Source of the DNA: Thermoprotei archaeon
GTDB taxonomy: Archaea; Thermoproteota; Thermoprotei; Gearchaeales; Gearchaeaceae
Assembly: GCA_017857595.1 (NCBI GenBank)
Contig: JAFMCU010000001.1
Location: 74,497-138,496 of the forward strand
DNA: 64,000 nt
Reading direction: 5' to 3'
The notes under the pieces are model-generated. The model was not told where the DNA came from and searched no databases. It saw only the letters and a list, made by a program, of their open reading frames with translations. Shown in pieces: positions 10,599 through 19,642 of the stretch. The position numbers and the translations under genes are program-made. Each line of letters begins with the position of its first letter. The first letter of the stretch is position 1.

Positions 10599-10874
10599 TC
10601 AACCACCAGCTATGAAAGGTAAGAATGCTATTTCATCGCCATCTTTTAAAATTATCTTATCAAATTCATTTCTATTTACTGTTGTAGCGTTGTATGATAC
10701 AATGATTCCATCTTTCAATCTTTTGTTATTAAATAAAATGTTGCTTACTTTATCGATTTTAGATAGATATTCAATAAAGTTCGATAATTTTAAACCGTCT
10801 TTTATTTCTATTTCATCCTCAGATTTTCCCAATGATTCTCTAATAGAAGCAAAGTAACGAACACGAATTTTCAT
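10599..10874 (-). CDS. moaD: MoaD/ThiS-family sulfur-carrier protein
   Basis: 91 aa. Begins MKIRVRYFASIRE, ends in the C-terminal diglycine ...FLPFIAGG, and lies between moaE and moaC. Confidence 0.75.
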   Translation of the reverse strand: MKIRVRYFASIRESLGKSEDEIEIKDGLKLSNFIEYLSKIDKVSNILFNNKRLKDGIIVSYNATTVNRNEFDKIILKDGDEIAFLPFIAGG

Positions 10875-10919
10875 ACAATCTTATTATGATTAAGAATAAA
10901 TATTAAAGCGTAAATTATT

Positions 10920-11381
10920 TTATGCACCTTCTATCCATAAGCTAGTGTTATCTAAATATACTTCTTTTTTAAACAATGCAGGTTCTTTTTTATATCTCTC
11001 TACAGCTTCGATTAAAGCTTGGAATCCTTTATCTCTATGTTCAGAAGATATTGCAACCAATACAATAGGTTCTCCTACTTTAAACTTACCTATTAAATGC
11101 CAAATGAATACATTGCTAACAGAATATTTACTTTTAACTTCTTCACAAATTCTTCTTATAGCTTTATTTGCATGTTCTTCGTAACTTTCCATTTCAACAA
11201 ATGCAACCTCTTTATTTCCTTTACCTTTTTTCCTAGCTATTCCTAAAAAGAATAAAGCAGAACCACTGCTACCTTCGCTACAAAATTCAATGAACTTTAC
11301 TAACAATTCTTTCAGATCTAAATTCTCCTTCTTATATACTCCTGAAATTGGAACAGAATCCATCAAGTATTTAATATTCAA
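10920..11381 (-). CDS. moaE: Molybdopterin synthase catalytic subunit MoaE
   Basis: FLGIARK...VEMESYEEHANKAI...IWHLIGKFKVGEPIVLVAISSEHRDKGFQALIEAVERYKKEPALFKKE is the typical MoaE pattern (H..G.l..Ge..v.v.v.s.HR). Confidence 0.8.
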   Translation of the reverse strand: MNIKYLMDSVPISGVYKKENLDLKELLVKFIEFCSEGSSGSALFFLGIARKKGKGNKEVAFVEMESYEEHANKAIRRICEEVKSKYSVSNVFIWHLIGKFKVGEPIVLVAISSEHRDKGFQALIEAVERYKKEPALFKKEVYLDNTSLWIEGA

Positions 11382-11389
11382 TAGATTTT

Positions 11390-11803
11390 TTATTTTAAAG
11401 CTTCACCCATTCCTTTTAAAATGGCTAAAATTACCCTTATACTTCTATTTATATCAGGGTCATTTATCATTCTAATGATGCTTATTAATCCTAACTTTTT
11501 TTCTTTTTTCATTTCTTCAACACCTTTATTAATTCCTTTTGATAATGCAAATGTTAATTTCTGTAGTTTATCAAATTCCACATTTTTTGAGAAACCAACA
11601 ATGAGGAGTAAATTTTTAATTGCATTTATATTATCAGGTTTTAATAACCATGTAGTTAAAGATTCTATTAATTCATCAGATTTTTCAACTATTGAATTTA
11701 ACAGCTTTAACACATTTTTCTTTTCGAGATTGTTTATTAAATCAACTAATTGCTTTAGTACTTCTTCATTTATTTCTTCTTCGGCTTGCATCTTATTTTT
11801 CAA
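11390..11803 (-). CDS. DUF1641-type small helical protein (accessory protein found next to FdhF/YrhE-type formate dehydrogenases)
   Basis: 137 aa. The C-terminal LGLISIIRMINDPDINRSIRVILAILKGMG resembles the DUF1641 signature as I remember it. The start overlaps the 3' end of the molybdoenzyme gene by 11 nt. Confidence 0.5.
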   Translation of the reverse strand: MKNKMQAEEEINEEVLKQLVDLINNLEKKNVLKLLNSIVEKSDELIESLTTWLLKPDNINAIKNLLLIVGFSKNVEFDKLQKLTFALSKGINKGVEEMKKEKKLGLISIIRMINDPDINRSIRVILAILKGMGEALK

Positions 11804-14723
11804 TCCTCTCAGCTATTGGAGCATATTCAGGTCTTTTCCATTTTTCCTCAACCTTAATTCCTATTTGTGATACTCCTTTATAATATCTAGGGTTAATTAA
11901 GGGTAAAGGTTCTATACCTTTTCCTTCTTCTATCTTTTCTATTCTTACAGGAAGCTCTTTATATGCTGGAGTTTTAGATGTTGGATCCCTAAAGTCTGTT
12001 GTTAGCGTGTTTACCGTTTCTTCCATGTTGTTATGTATTGCTAAAAATAGATTTTTTCCTTCAACTCTTGAAGTAATCACAACTCTTGCCTTTATAGATC
12101 CTACAGGTGAAACAATTCTTACTAAATCTCCCTCGTTTAATCCTCTCTCCTTTGCAAGTTCAGGCGAAACTTCGATAAAAACGTTAGGCACTTTTTCTTT
12201 TATTCCCGCAGTTCTATAGCTTATATTACCCCAATGGAAATGTTCCAACATTCTTCCATTGTTTAAGTATAAATCATATGATTCGCTTGTTTCAAGAGGT
12301 TCTATGTATTTTGGTGGATAAAATCTTGCCTTCCCGTCTGGGAAATTAAACTTATCCTTGTATAAATATGGGGTATCCCTACCATCAGCTGAAACAGGCC
12401 AAAGTAAGCTTTTATATCCTTCTAATCTTTGATAGTTTACTCCTGCAAATACAGGGCACAACTTTGCCGCTTCATCCATTATTTCTGAAGGATGTTTATA
12501 ATTCCATTTTGCTCCCAAAGAATTAGCTATATCCTGTAATATCTGCCATTCAGGTCTACATTCGCCTGGAGGTTCCAACGCTTTGTAAAATCTTTGTATT
12601 CTTCTTTCTGTATTAACGTATGTTCCATCTTTTTCTACACTTGCAGCTGCAGGTAAAATTACATCTGCAAGCTTAGTAGTTTGTGTCATAAATAGCTCTG
12701 TAACAACTAGAAAATCTAGCATTTCAAGAGCTTTTTCAGTCTTTTGTCTATTAGAATCTGCTAAAACTTTATCTTCTCCAAATATTAGCATTAACTTCAA
12801 TTTTCCTTCGTATATAGCATCGATCATTTCTGTGCTTGTTAAACCCGGTTTTTCAGGCAGTTTAACTTTCCATTCCTTTTCATATCTCTCCCTAACTTCA
12901 GGGCTATCTACTCTTTCATATCCTGGCATATAAGCTGGTAAAGCTCCAAAGTCGCTTGCTCCTTGAACATTTGCATGTCCTCTTAAAGGATAAGCTCCGC
13001 AAGCAGGTCTACCATAATTTCCTGTTAGCAATAACAAATTAGATATAGCTGTTGAAGTTTCACTACCTGATTGATGTTGCGTTATTCCCATTGCATAACA
13101 AACACATACGTTTCTAGAGTTATGAATCATTTCAGCTACTTTAATGATTGTATCTTTAGAAACACCGGTTATTTTTTCTGCATAATCTAAAGTAAACTTT
13201 TCAAGATATTTTTTATATTCTTCAAAATTTACAGTTCTTTCTTGGATAAATTTTTTATCTTCCCATCCTTGGTCTATTATATATTTTGATATAGCATTGA
13301 GCAAAACTAGGTCTGTACCTGGCTTAACTTTAACGAATATATCAGCTCTTTCTGCCATTTCATGTTTCCTTACATCAATTACGATTAATTTTTGGCCTCT
13401 TAGTTTTTTTGCCCTTTTTATTTTGCCAGCTAACACAGGATGGGATTCAGCTGTATTAGAACCCATCGTTATGACTAAGTCAGCGTTGTAAATATCTTCC
13501 ATCGTTCCAGCATCAGCCCCAATACCCACTGTCCTAAATAATCCAGTTGTAGCAGGAGCTTGACAGTATCTTGCGCAATTATCAACATTATTCGTTCCTA
13601 TAACTTGCCTAGCCAATTTTTGAGCTAAATAAGCTTCTTCGTTTGAACCTGTACAATTTGCAATTATACCGATTGCATCAGGACCATATTTTTCTTTAAT
13701 TTCCTTTATCTTATTAGCTATCAAATTTATTGCCTCTTCCCATGTTGCCTCTCTAAAGTGGTCTCCTTCTCTAATTAAGGGCTTTGTTAATCTAGAGGGA
13801 TCATTTATAAAATCCCATCCAAATTTTCCTTTTATGCACGTTGCAAGACCATTGGCAGGAGAATTTGGTGAAGGTTGAACTTTAACTATTTTATTACCTT
13901 TAGTCCAAACTTCGAAACTACATCCCACACCACAGAACATGCAAACTGTTTTTGTCCTCTTGAAGATAGTTGTTCTCAGTTTAGAATCAAGTTCGCTTAA
14001 TTCTAAAATAGGTTGAAATCCTCCTATACTTTTCTCAACTTCCTTGGTTATTTGTATTAATTTTTGCTTTAAATTTGGTTTTAATCCAGTAAAGTATCCC
14101 ATTTCTCCCAAAACTTTCTTTTCCATTAACGCATTAACTGGACATACAGTTACGCAAGTTCCACATGAAACACAAGATGATTTGTTTATCTCTGTTCCGT
14201 GATCCCAAACAACCCTTGGGGGACTTAAATTCCAATCGATATGTATAACTTCATTAACAACTAAATCTTGGCACGCTTCAACACATCTACCACATAGAAT
14301 GCATTGGTTTGGGTCATAAACATAGAAAGGATTGCTATCATCTATGGGATAACCTTTAGGCCTATAATTTTGATGCTCAATTCCAAGTTCTAAAACCCAA
14401 TATCTTAAGAAGCAATAAGAACTTTTATCACATAATGTACAATATAAATAATGATCAGTTAAAATTCTATCAAATGCTTTCTTCCTTGCTTCTTCAACTT
14501 TTTTTGAGGTAATCAGGATTTTCATTCCTTCATATAATTTTGTAGAGCATGCTCTTACCAAATGACCATCAACTTCAACAACACATGTATCACATGATTC
14601 TAAAGGGCCTAGACCTTGTTGATAACAAATAAAAGGAATATGAATATTGTTTCTTAAAAGGAAGTTAAGAATTGTTTCATTTTCCTTTGCTTCATAAGTC
14701 TTATTATCTAAAAAAATTTTCAT
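11793..14723 (-). CDS. Formate dehydrogenase alpha-subunit-like molybdopterin oxidoreductase with a NuoG-like N-terminal Fe-S module
   Basis: N-terminal 2Fe-2S pattern (C33..C44DTC47..C59), HYLYCTLCDKSSYC, two ferredoxin motifs CILCGRCVEAC and CVSCGTCVTVCP, MopB cluster CMFCGVGCSF, and an active-site segment NVDNCARYCQAPATTG. 976 aa. Confidence 0.85.
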   Translation of the reverse strand: MKIFLDNKTYEAKENETILNFLLRNNIHIPFICYQQGLGPLESCDTCVVEVDGHLVRACSTKLYEGMKILITSKKVEEARKKAFDRILTDHYLYCTLCDKSSYCFLRYWVLELGIEHQNYRPKGYPIDDSNPFYVYDPNQCILCGRCVEACQDLVVNEVIHIDWNLSPPRVVWDHGTEINKSSCVSCGTCVTVCPVNALMEKKVLGEMGYFTGLKPNLKQKLIQITKEVEKSIGGFQPILELSELDSKLRTTIFKRTKTVCMFCGVGCSFEVWTKGNKIVKVQPSPNSPANGLATCIKGKFGWDFINDPSRLTKPLIREGDHFREATWEEAINLIANKIKEIKEKYGPDAIGIIANCTGSNEEAYLAQKLARQVIGTNNVDNCARYCQAPATTGLFRTVGIGADAGTMEDIYNADLVITMGSNTAESHPVLAGKIKRAKKLRGQKLIVIDVRKHEMAERADIFVKVKPGTDLVLLNAISKYIIDQGWEDKKFIQERTVNFEEYKKYLEKFTLDYAEKITGVSKDTIIKVAEMIHNSRNVCVCYAMGITQHQSGSETSTAISNLLLLTGNYGRPACGAYPLRGHANVQGASDFGALPAYMPGYERVDSPEVRERYEKEWKVKLPEKPGLTSTEMIDAIYEGKLKLMLIFGEDKVLADSNRQKTEKALEMLDFLVVTELFMTQTTKLADVILPAAASVEKDGTYVNTERRIQRFYKALEPPGECRPEWQILQDIANSLGAKWNYKHPSEIMDEAAKLCPVFAGVNYQRLEGYKSLLWPVSADGRDTPYLYKDKFNFPDGKARFYPPKYIEPLETSESYDLYLNNGRMLEHFHWGNISYRTAGIKEKVPNVFIEVSPELAKERGLNEGDLVRIVSPVGSIKARVVITSRVEGKNLFLAIHNNMEETVNTLTTDFRDPTSKTPAYKELPVRIEKIEEGKGIEPLPLINPRYYKGVSQIGIKVEEKWKRPEYAPIAERIEK

Positions 14724-14880
14724 ATGTTTTAATAATTACTCATTAAAATTTATTTTTAACATTGATTTTGAAATGATTATTTTAGATATGTCTATGGAAT
14801 TGGGGATCATGCATTATTATAATTATATATTCATCTGAATTTGATTCAAACAAAATTAGATATGAATAAAAACCATAACG

Positions 14881-15546
14881 CTATAAAGACTTTAATTCTA
14901 CTTGTACATCATTTTTAATTTCTATTTCTGCATAATAGTTATCCTTTAAAGGACCTGGGTTAACAACTAATGTTTCACCCAGTTTATCTTTTGATCTAGC
15001 TTCATGAACATGGCCTGTTATCACAAGAATTGGCTTATTATCTTCTATGAATTTTCTTACAATTTTACTACCTACATGCAAACCTGTTCTTGTGTAGTCT
15101 AAACTTGTATTATAAGGAGGATTATGCGATACTAAAATCCATTTATCGAAATTTTTAAATTTAATTAGCTCTTGGTAAGCGGATTCCAATAATCTATCAA
15201 TTTCCTCTTCAGTTATCTCAAATGGAGTGTTGAAAGGGGTTTTTAAAGAACCTCCGATTCCAATTATTCCTATTCTTGAATAAACTACGTGCTTACCATG
15301 CAAGTTATATTTTAGTTGTTCTTGGTCAAATCTATTTACATAATCACAATTTCCTGGAACATAAAAATATGGCTTATTTGAATTATTGAGCAAATTAATT
15401 ACTGCAGAAATCTGATTTTTATCGCCAAAGTTTGTCAAATCTCCAGCAACCAATATAAGATCACAACTCAATGAGAAATCTTTAAGTAAAACTTTTTTCA
15501 ATTTCTCAGTTTCACCGTGAATATCAGTTAAAGCTAGAATTTTCAT
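14881..15546 (-). CDS. Calcineurin-like metallophosphoesterase
   Basis: MKILALTDIHG, VAGDLTNFG, PGNCD, VSHNPP and TGHVHE are the canonical MPE motifs. Confidence 0.8.
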   Translation of the reverse strand: MKILALTDIHGETEKLKKVLLKDFSLSCDLILVAGDLTNFGDKNQISAVINLLNNSNKPYFYVPGNCDYVNRFDQEQLKYNLHGKHVVYSRIGIIGIGGSLKTPFNTPFEITEEEIDRLLESAYQELIKFKNFDKWILVSHNPPYNTSLDYTRTGLHVGSKIVRKFIEDNKPILVITGHVHEARSKDKLGETLVVNPGPLKDNYYAEIEIKNDVQVELKSL

Positions 15547-15714
15547 TATTATATAATCTTTGTTTAAAACTTTTATTTTTTGTTGAATATGTATTTAATA
15601 ATTGATATTAATGATATAGGTCCAAAGCTCTGATTCAATGATGAGACTAAACTTAGAAAACTTAATAAGCAATTAGCTCTTTAATTAATTGAAGAGGCTT
15701 ATTCATAACATATT

Positions 15715-16248
15715 ATGAGTAACGTTGATTCATCAAGTAACAAGATAAATAAGTTATTCCCACTGGGTATTAAAATAGAGAGCGTGCTCGGTTTGCTAAA
15801 AGCTCTAAATGATGTTTTCAACAAGCATGCAGATATTTTTGCTTTAGCTAATTATTTTGACCTTGAAGCTGATGACTTGCTACCGGTATTAGATGTAATT
15901 GAATTATTAGAATTTGCTTTAATTCAAGGCGGTGATGTTATTATAACACCACAAGGAGAAAAATTTTTAAAATCATCTTCAAGCGTTAAAAGACAAATAT
16001 TAAGGGATAAATTAAAAAATTTTGAACCTTTTAAAACAGCTATTTCAATATTAAGCAAATCTAGTGAACTAAAAGTTGAAGATGTTGCAAAGGAATTGGA
16101 AAATATGGGCTATAGTGAAGTTAATGAATTTGGATTTGATGAAAAATTAAGCCAAACATTGATAGAATGGGGTGTCTATGCAGGAATATTAATATATTCA
16201 AGCGAAAATCAGGTATTTAAGCTTAATAAAAAGCACATAAAAGTTTAG
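15715..16248 (+). CDS. Stand-alone AAA-associated-domain protein (a domain usually fused to the C-terminus of NitT/TauT-type ABC ATPases)
   Basis: LGLLKALNDV...DIFALANYFDLEADDLLPVLDVIELLEFALIQGGDVIITPQGEKFL matches my recollection of the C-terminal AAA-associated domain. It converges on the ABC ATPase gene with a 4-nt overlap. Confidence 0.45.
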   Translation: MSNVDSSSNKINKLFPLGIKIESVLGLLKALNDVFNKHADIFALANYFDLEADDLLPVLDVIELLEFALIQGGDVIITPQGEKFLKSSSSVKRQILRDKLKNFEPFKTAISILSKSSELKVEDVAKELENMGYSEVNEFGFDEKLSQTLIEWGVYAGILIYSSENQVFKLNKKHIKV

Positions 16249-17009
16249 CTTAAATATTCATATATTGTATCAAGATAGCTGGTAAATTTGGGTAATCTAA
16301 TGCTTCTTGGCCTTGGCAAGTCAATAATTATCTCTTTGACTAATTGAGCAGGTCTTTTTGAAAGTATTATAACTCTATCAGCTAATTCAACAATTTCTTC
16401 AATATTATGACTTACTAGAATTACTGATTTTAAGGAAAGTGAAGGATTGAATAGCGTGCTCAATATTTCTGATCGAAGGTTACTAGCTGTTAATTGATCT
16501 AAATTTGAAAAAGGTTCATCCATGAGCAAAATTTCAGGATCAGACATCAATGCTCTAGCTATTGCTATTCGTTGTCTCATTCCACCACTTAATTCTTTTG
16601 GATAGGAATTTTCGAATCCGGATAAACCTACTAATTCTAATAATTTAACAGCTTTCTCTCTTCTTTTTTCCTTGTCAGGAATAAGTTTTAAAGCAGGAAG
16701 TTCTACATTCTCTAATGCAGTTAACCAAGGTAATAGAGCAAATTGCTGAAATACCATTGTTATTTTGTTAGTCGGTCCTGTAATTGGTTTTTCGTTTAGA
16801 AATATAGTACCTGTCGTAGGTTTCAAAAGCCCAGCAATTAATCTTAGTAACGTGCTTTTTCCGCAACCACTCGGACCGGTTATAGCTAAAAATTCTTTTT
16901 CATAAACTTCGAAACTTAAATCATGTATGATTTCAAATTTGGAACTCTTACTAGTTATAGAAAAGCTAACATTTTTTAAAATAAGTACAGGTTTTTTTAT
17001 TTCTGTCAT
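16245..17009 (-). CDS. ABC transporter ATP-binding protein (NitT/TauT nitrate/sulfonate/bicarbonate family-like)
   Basis: Walker A GPSGCGKST, Q-loop VFQQFALLPW, signature LSGGMRQR, Walker B LLMDEPFSNLD, H-loop VSHN. Confidence 0.9.
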   Translation of the reverse strand: MTEIKKPVLILKNVSFSITSKSSKFEIIHDLSFEVYEKEFLAITGPSGCGKSTLLRLIAGLLKPTTGTIFLNEKPITGPTNKITMVFQQFALLPWLTALENVELPALKLIPDKEKRREKAVKLLELVGLSGFENSYPKELSGGMRQRIAIARALMSDPEILLMDEPFSNLDQLTASNLRSEILSTLFNPSLSLKSVILVSHNIEEIVELADRVIILSKRPAQLVKEIIIDLPRPRSIRLPKFTSYLDTIYEYLS

Positions 17010-17018
17010 ACAATCATG

Positions 17019-18635
17019 CTAGATTTCATATCTGAACTTGCTAGTTGCATAATCATATAACTTTTTCCATAATGTTCTATCAAGTGCAACGACCACTAAT
17101 ATCATCATGATTAATGATGCATACATAAGATTTAGGTCACCAGAACTTGCTGCAGAATCTATTAATTTACCTATACCATATTTTACAGAGTATACTTCAT
17201 TGCCAATTGATATCCATTCTGCTACTATTAAAGCATTCCATGCTCCACCTATGGCGGTTATAAAGCCTGTTACTAAACCTGGCAGCATCGCAGGAAAATA
17301 AAGCTTTTTAAATTTTTGTATTTTTGATAAATTTGATAACAATATACATTCTTTGATATCTTCAGGTATTAATTGAATTGAAGAATATGCGTTATAAAAT
17401 ATATACCATATTGAACCGGATATTATTACGAGAATTGCAATTATTTCTACTTTTGGACCGAACCACAGAATTATTAAGGGTATAAATAGCGGTGCAGGGA
17501 AAGAAGCAATGATCAGGATTAAAGGTAAAAGTACTCTTTTTGCTAAATTGTTTGTTGCAACTAGTAATGCAAGCATTATAATAGGAAACATTATGGCTGA
17601 TGCGATCAATATTCTAATACCTGAATAAGCTACTGAAGTAAGAATATAAATAAAGTTATTAAGGTTTTCAAGAATGTAAATAGAATTTATTATAGGACCA
17701 GTAATGAAATATATGAAAATTCCTGTGATTAAAATTAAAGCAATATAAGTAATATATCTCAAAATTTTTGCAATATTAAAAATTGCAATCTTATTTTTAT
17801 AGGATAAGACATTTCCTTCTATCGAAGGAGGTAAATAGGAAGGTTCAAGATTTCTACTTTTAATAAAAGGTGAAATAGGTCTTCTAGGAATTACAATATG
17901 CTTTGTAATATTTCTGAAAGGTCTTGAAGAACGAATGAACGTACTTATAAACCAAGGAATTTTTGTTGATGTTACAGAGGATGTAAATTCATACTTAAAT
18001 TTTTGACTCCATTCATTTAGTGGCCTAAAAAATAATGCATGTGTTCCTACTAATGCTAAGAAAAGTGATATAAAGGCTATGTATAAATCTTGAAAGTCAC
18101 CTAAATTAAATAATTGAAAAGTGATAGAACCAATTCCCAATAGTTGATATGTAGTTGTCCCTAAACTAATGATTTCTGAGGAAGAAAGAAAGAATAAGCC
18201 TATAGCCCAAGATATGGGTATGTTATCTATTATTCTGGGCCATGCACTAGGAATGTATATTTTAGCTATTTTATCCATCAATGACATGTTAGATAATTGA
18301 GCTTGTTCAAGAATGTAAGAAGGTATCGACCTAACCGACTCATAAACAGCGAATATAAAATTCCACAATTCACTTGTTATTATTAAGAAAACGGCAGCCA
18401 TTTCAACACCGATTAAAGGAACAAAATTTACGAAGAAAAACACAGCAACAGGAAAGAAGCCTAAAATAGGAATAGATTGTAAAATATCTACAATTGGAAT
18501 TATGATCTTTTCTGCTGTTTTATTCATGCCAGCTAAAATTCCTACGAAAATTGAAATAATTATTGAAATAACCATTCCAATGGCTAATCTTAGCCAAGAT
18601 AAGGCAAGAGCGTAAATTATTGTAGTTATTATCAT
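17019..18635 (-). CDS. ABC transporter permease with a duplicated transmembrane domain
   Basis: 538 aa, about 12 TM. There are two repeats of a binding-protein-dependent-type permease core, each with an EAA-like loop (EQAQLSNMSLMDKIAKIYIPSAWP; ECILLSNLSKIQKFKKLYFPAMLP). It lies immediately upstream of the ATPase gene. Confidence 0.75.
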   Translation of the reverse strand: MIITTIIYALALSWLRLAIGMVISIIISIFVGILAGMNKTAEKIIIPIVDILQSIPILGFFPVAVFFFVNFVPLIGVEMAAVFLIITSELWNFIFAVYESVRSIPSYILEQAQLSNMSLMDKIAKIYIPSAWPRIIDNIPISWAIGLFFLSSSEIISLGTTTYQLLGIGSITFQLFNLGDFQDLYIAFISLFLALVGTHALFFRPLNEWSQKFKYEFTSSVTSTKIPWFISTFIRSSRPFRNITKHIVIPRRPISPFIKSRNLEPSYLPPSIEGNVLSYKNKIAIFNIAKILRYITYIALILITGIFIYFITGPIINSIYILENLNNFIYILTSVAYSGIRILIASAIMFPIIMLALLVATNNLAKRVLLPLILIIASFPAPLFIPLIILWFGPKVEIIAILVIISGSIWYIFYNAYSSIQLIPEDIKECILLSNLSKIQKFKKLYFPAMLPGLVTGFITAIGGAWNALIVAEWISIGNEVYSVKYGIGKLIDSAASSGDLNLMYASLIMMILVVVALDRTLWKKLYDYATSKFRYEI

Positions 18636-18699
18636 TGAAATATATTAGATATTGGTTAAATCAAATATAATTAATTTGCCAATCTCAAATTCTATTTAA

Positions 18700-19488
18700 C
18701 TAAATTCCACTTAAAGAAATGATCATATCAGTTAAAAATCCTAACATCAAACCTACAAAAAGACCTAGCATAAATAAATTGTTATTTACTTGTCTTCTTC
18801 CAATATTATACATAATCATTATAACATAAATTAAAGCTCCACCCGCTAATGATAGAAAGAATATATATGCGATTGTTGAGAAGAACATACTTCCTAGTAT
18901 TGTTCCAAAGAAAGTTGGAGCGCCTCCAATAAAAAGTATCTTTAAAACAAAGCTCAATTTAGGCCTTTTTTCTAATCCTACAATAGGAGCCAATATGCCA
19001 AATCCCTCTGTTGTGTTATGTGCACCAAATCCTATGATTAAAAGTAATGCTAAACTTACTGCACCTGCTGCATAAGATTGCCCTATTGCTAATCCTTCAC
19101 TTAAATTATGTGCTCCTATTCCTAAAGCGATCATTGTAGCGATTTTACTTCTTATATTAGCATCGCCTTTGTTAGATTTCATAAACCTATTTTCATATGT
19201 TGATAGTCCTAATAATCCAAGTGCTAAGCCAAAAAATAAAAATAGCATATCGCTTATCGCAATAATTGATGATGTTTGTCCTTGCAAGAATAGCCTTACA
19301 TCTTCCATCGTAGCTTCCCAGGAATCTGCTAGTACTTCTACTAATAGAAACAATAAAATTCCTGCTGCTAGTGCATTGAGTAAACCCTTTGTTTTGTCAC
19401 TTACTGAAAAAATTATCAATGGCAATCCTAAAAATATAGTAAAACCTGCAATGGCGCCTAATATTAAAATATCTATGTAGTTAATCAT
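18700..19488 (-). CDS. ZIP-family divalent metal (zinc) transporter
   Basis: Repeated GAHNLSEGLAIG and GAHNTTEGFGI motifs (ZupT-type HNxxEG); 8 TM. Confidence 0.8.
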   Translation of the reverse strand: MINYIDILILGAIAGFTIFLGLPLIIFSVSDKTKGLLNALAAGILLFLLVEVLADSWEATMEDVRLFLQGQTSSIIAISDMLFLFFGLALGLLGLSTYENRFMKSNKGDANIRSKIATMIALGIGAHNLSEGLAIGQSYAAGAVSLALLLIIGFGAHNTTEGFGILAPIVGLEKRPKLSFVLKILFIGGAPTFFGTILGSMFFSTIAYIFFLSLAGGALIYVIMIMYNIGRRQVNNNLFMLGLFVGLMLGFLTDMIISLSGI

Positions 19489-19642
19489 AATTTATAGGAC
19501 TTCTGATTGAGGAAATAAGAATATGATCAGTAATGCTTTGATCTGTTTTGTAATAAATTATATGCATCAATTTTATCGTCATAATTGAGTTTAAATATAA
19601 CATTGTTATAAATGTTTCGTAGTACTAAGTATATAAATATAT

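Noticed and set aside
15611-15660. C/D-box sRNA-like arrangement in the intergenic region: ATGATAT (15611-15617), a 12-nt spacer, CTGA (15630-15633), TTCA, then ATGATGA (15638-15644).
   Set aside because: The spacing mimics C / guide / D' / loop / C'. However, the position 12 nt after the C'-like box reads AAAA, and no CTGA (D box) occurs downstream. The first box is degenerate, and I see no terminal pairing. It is more likely chance plus promoter sequence for the gene at 15715.
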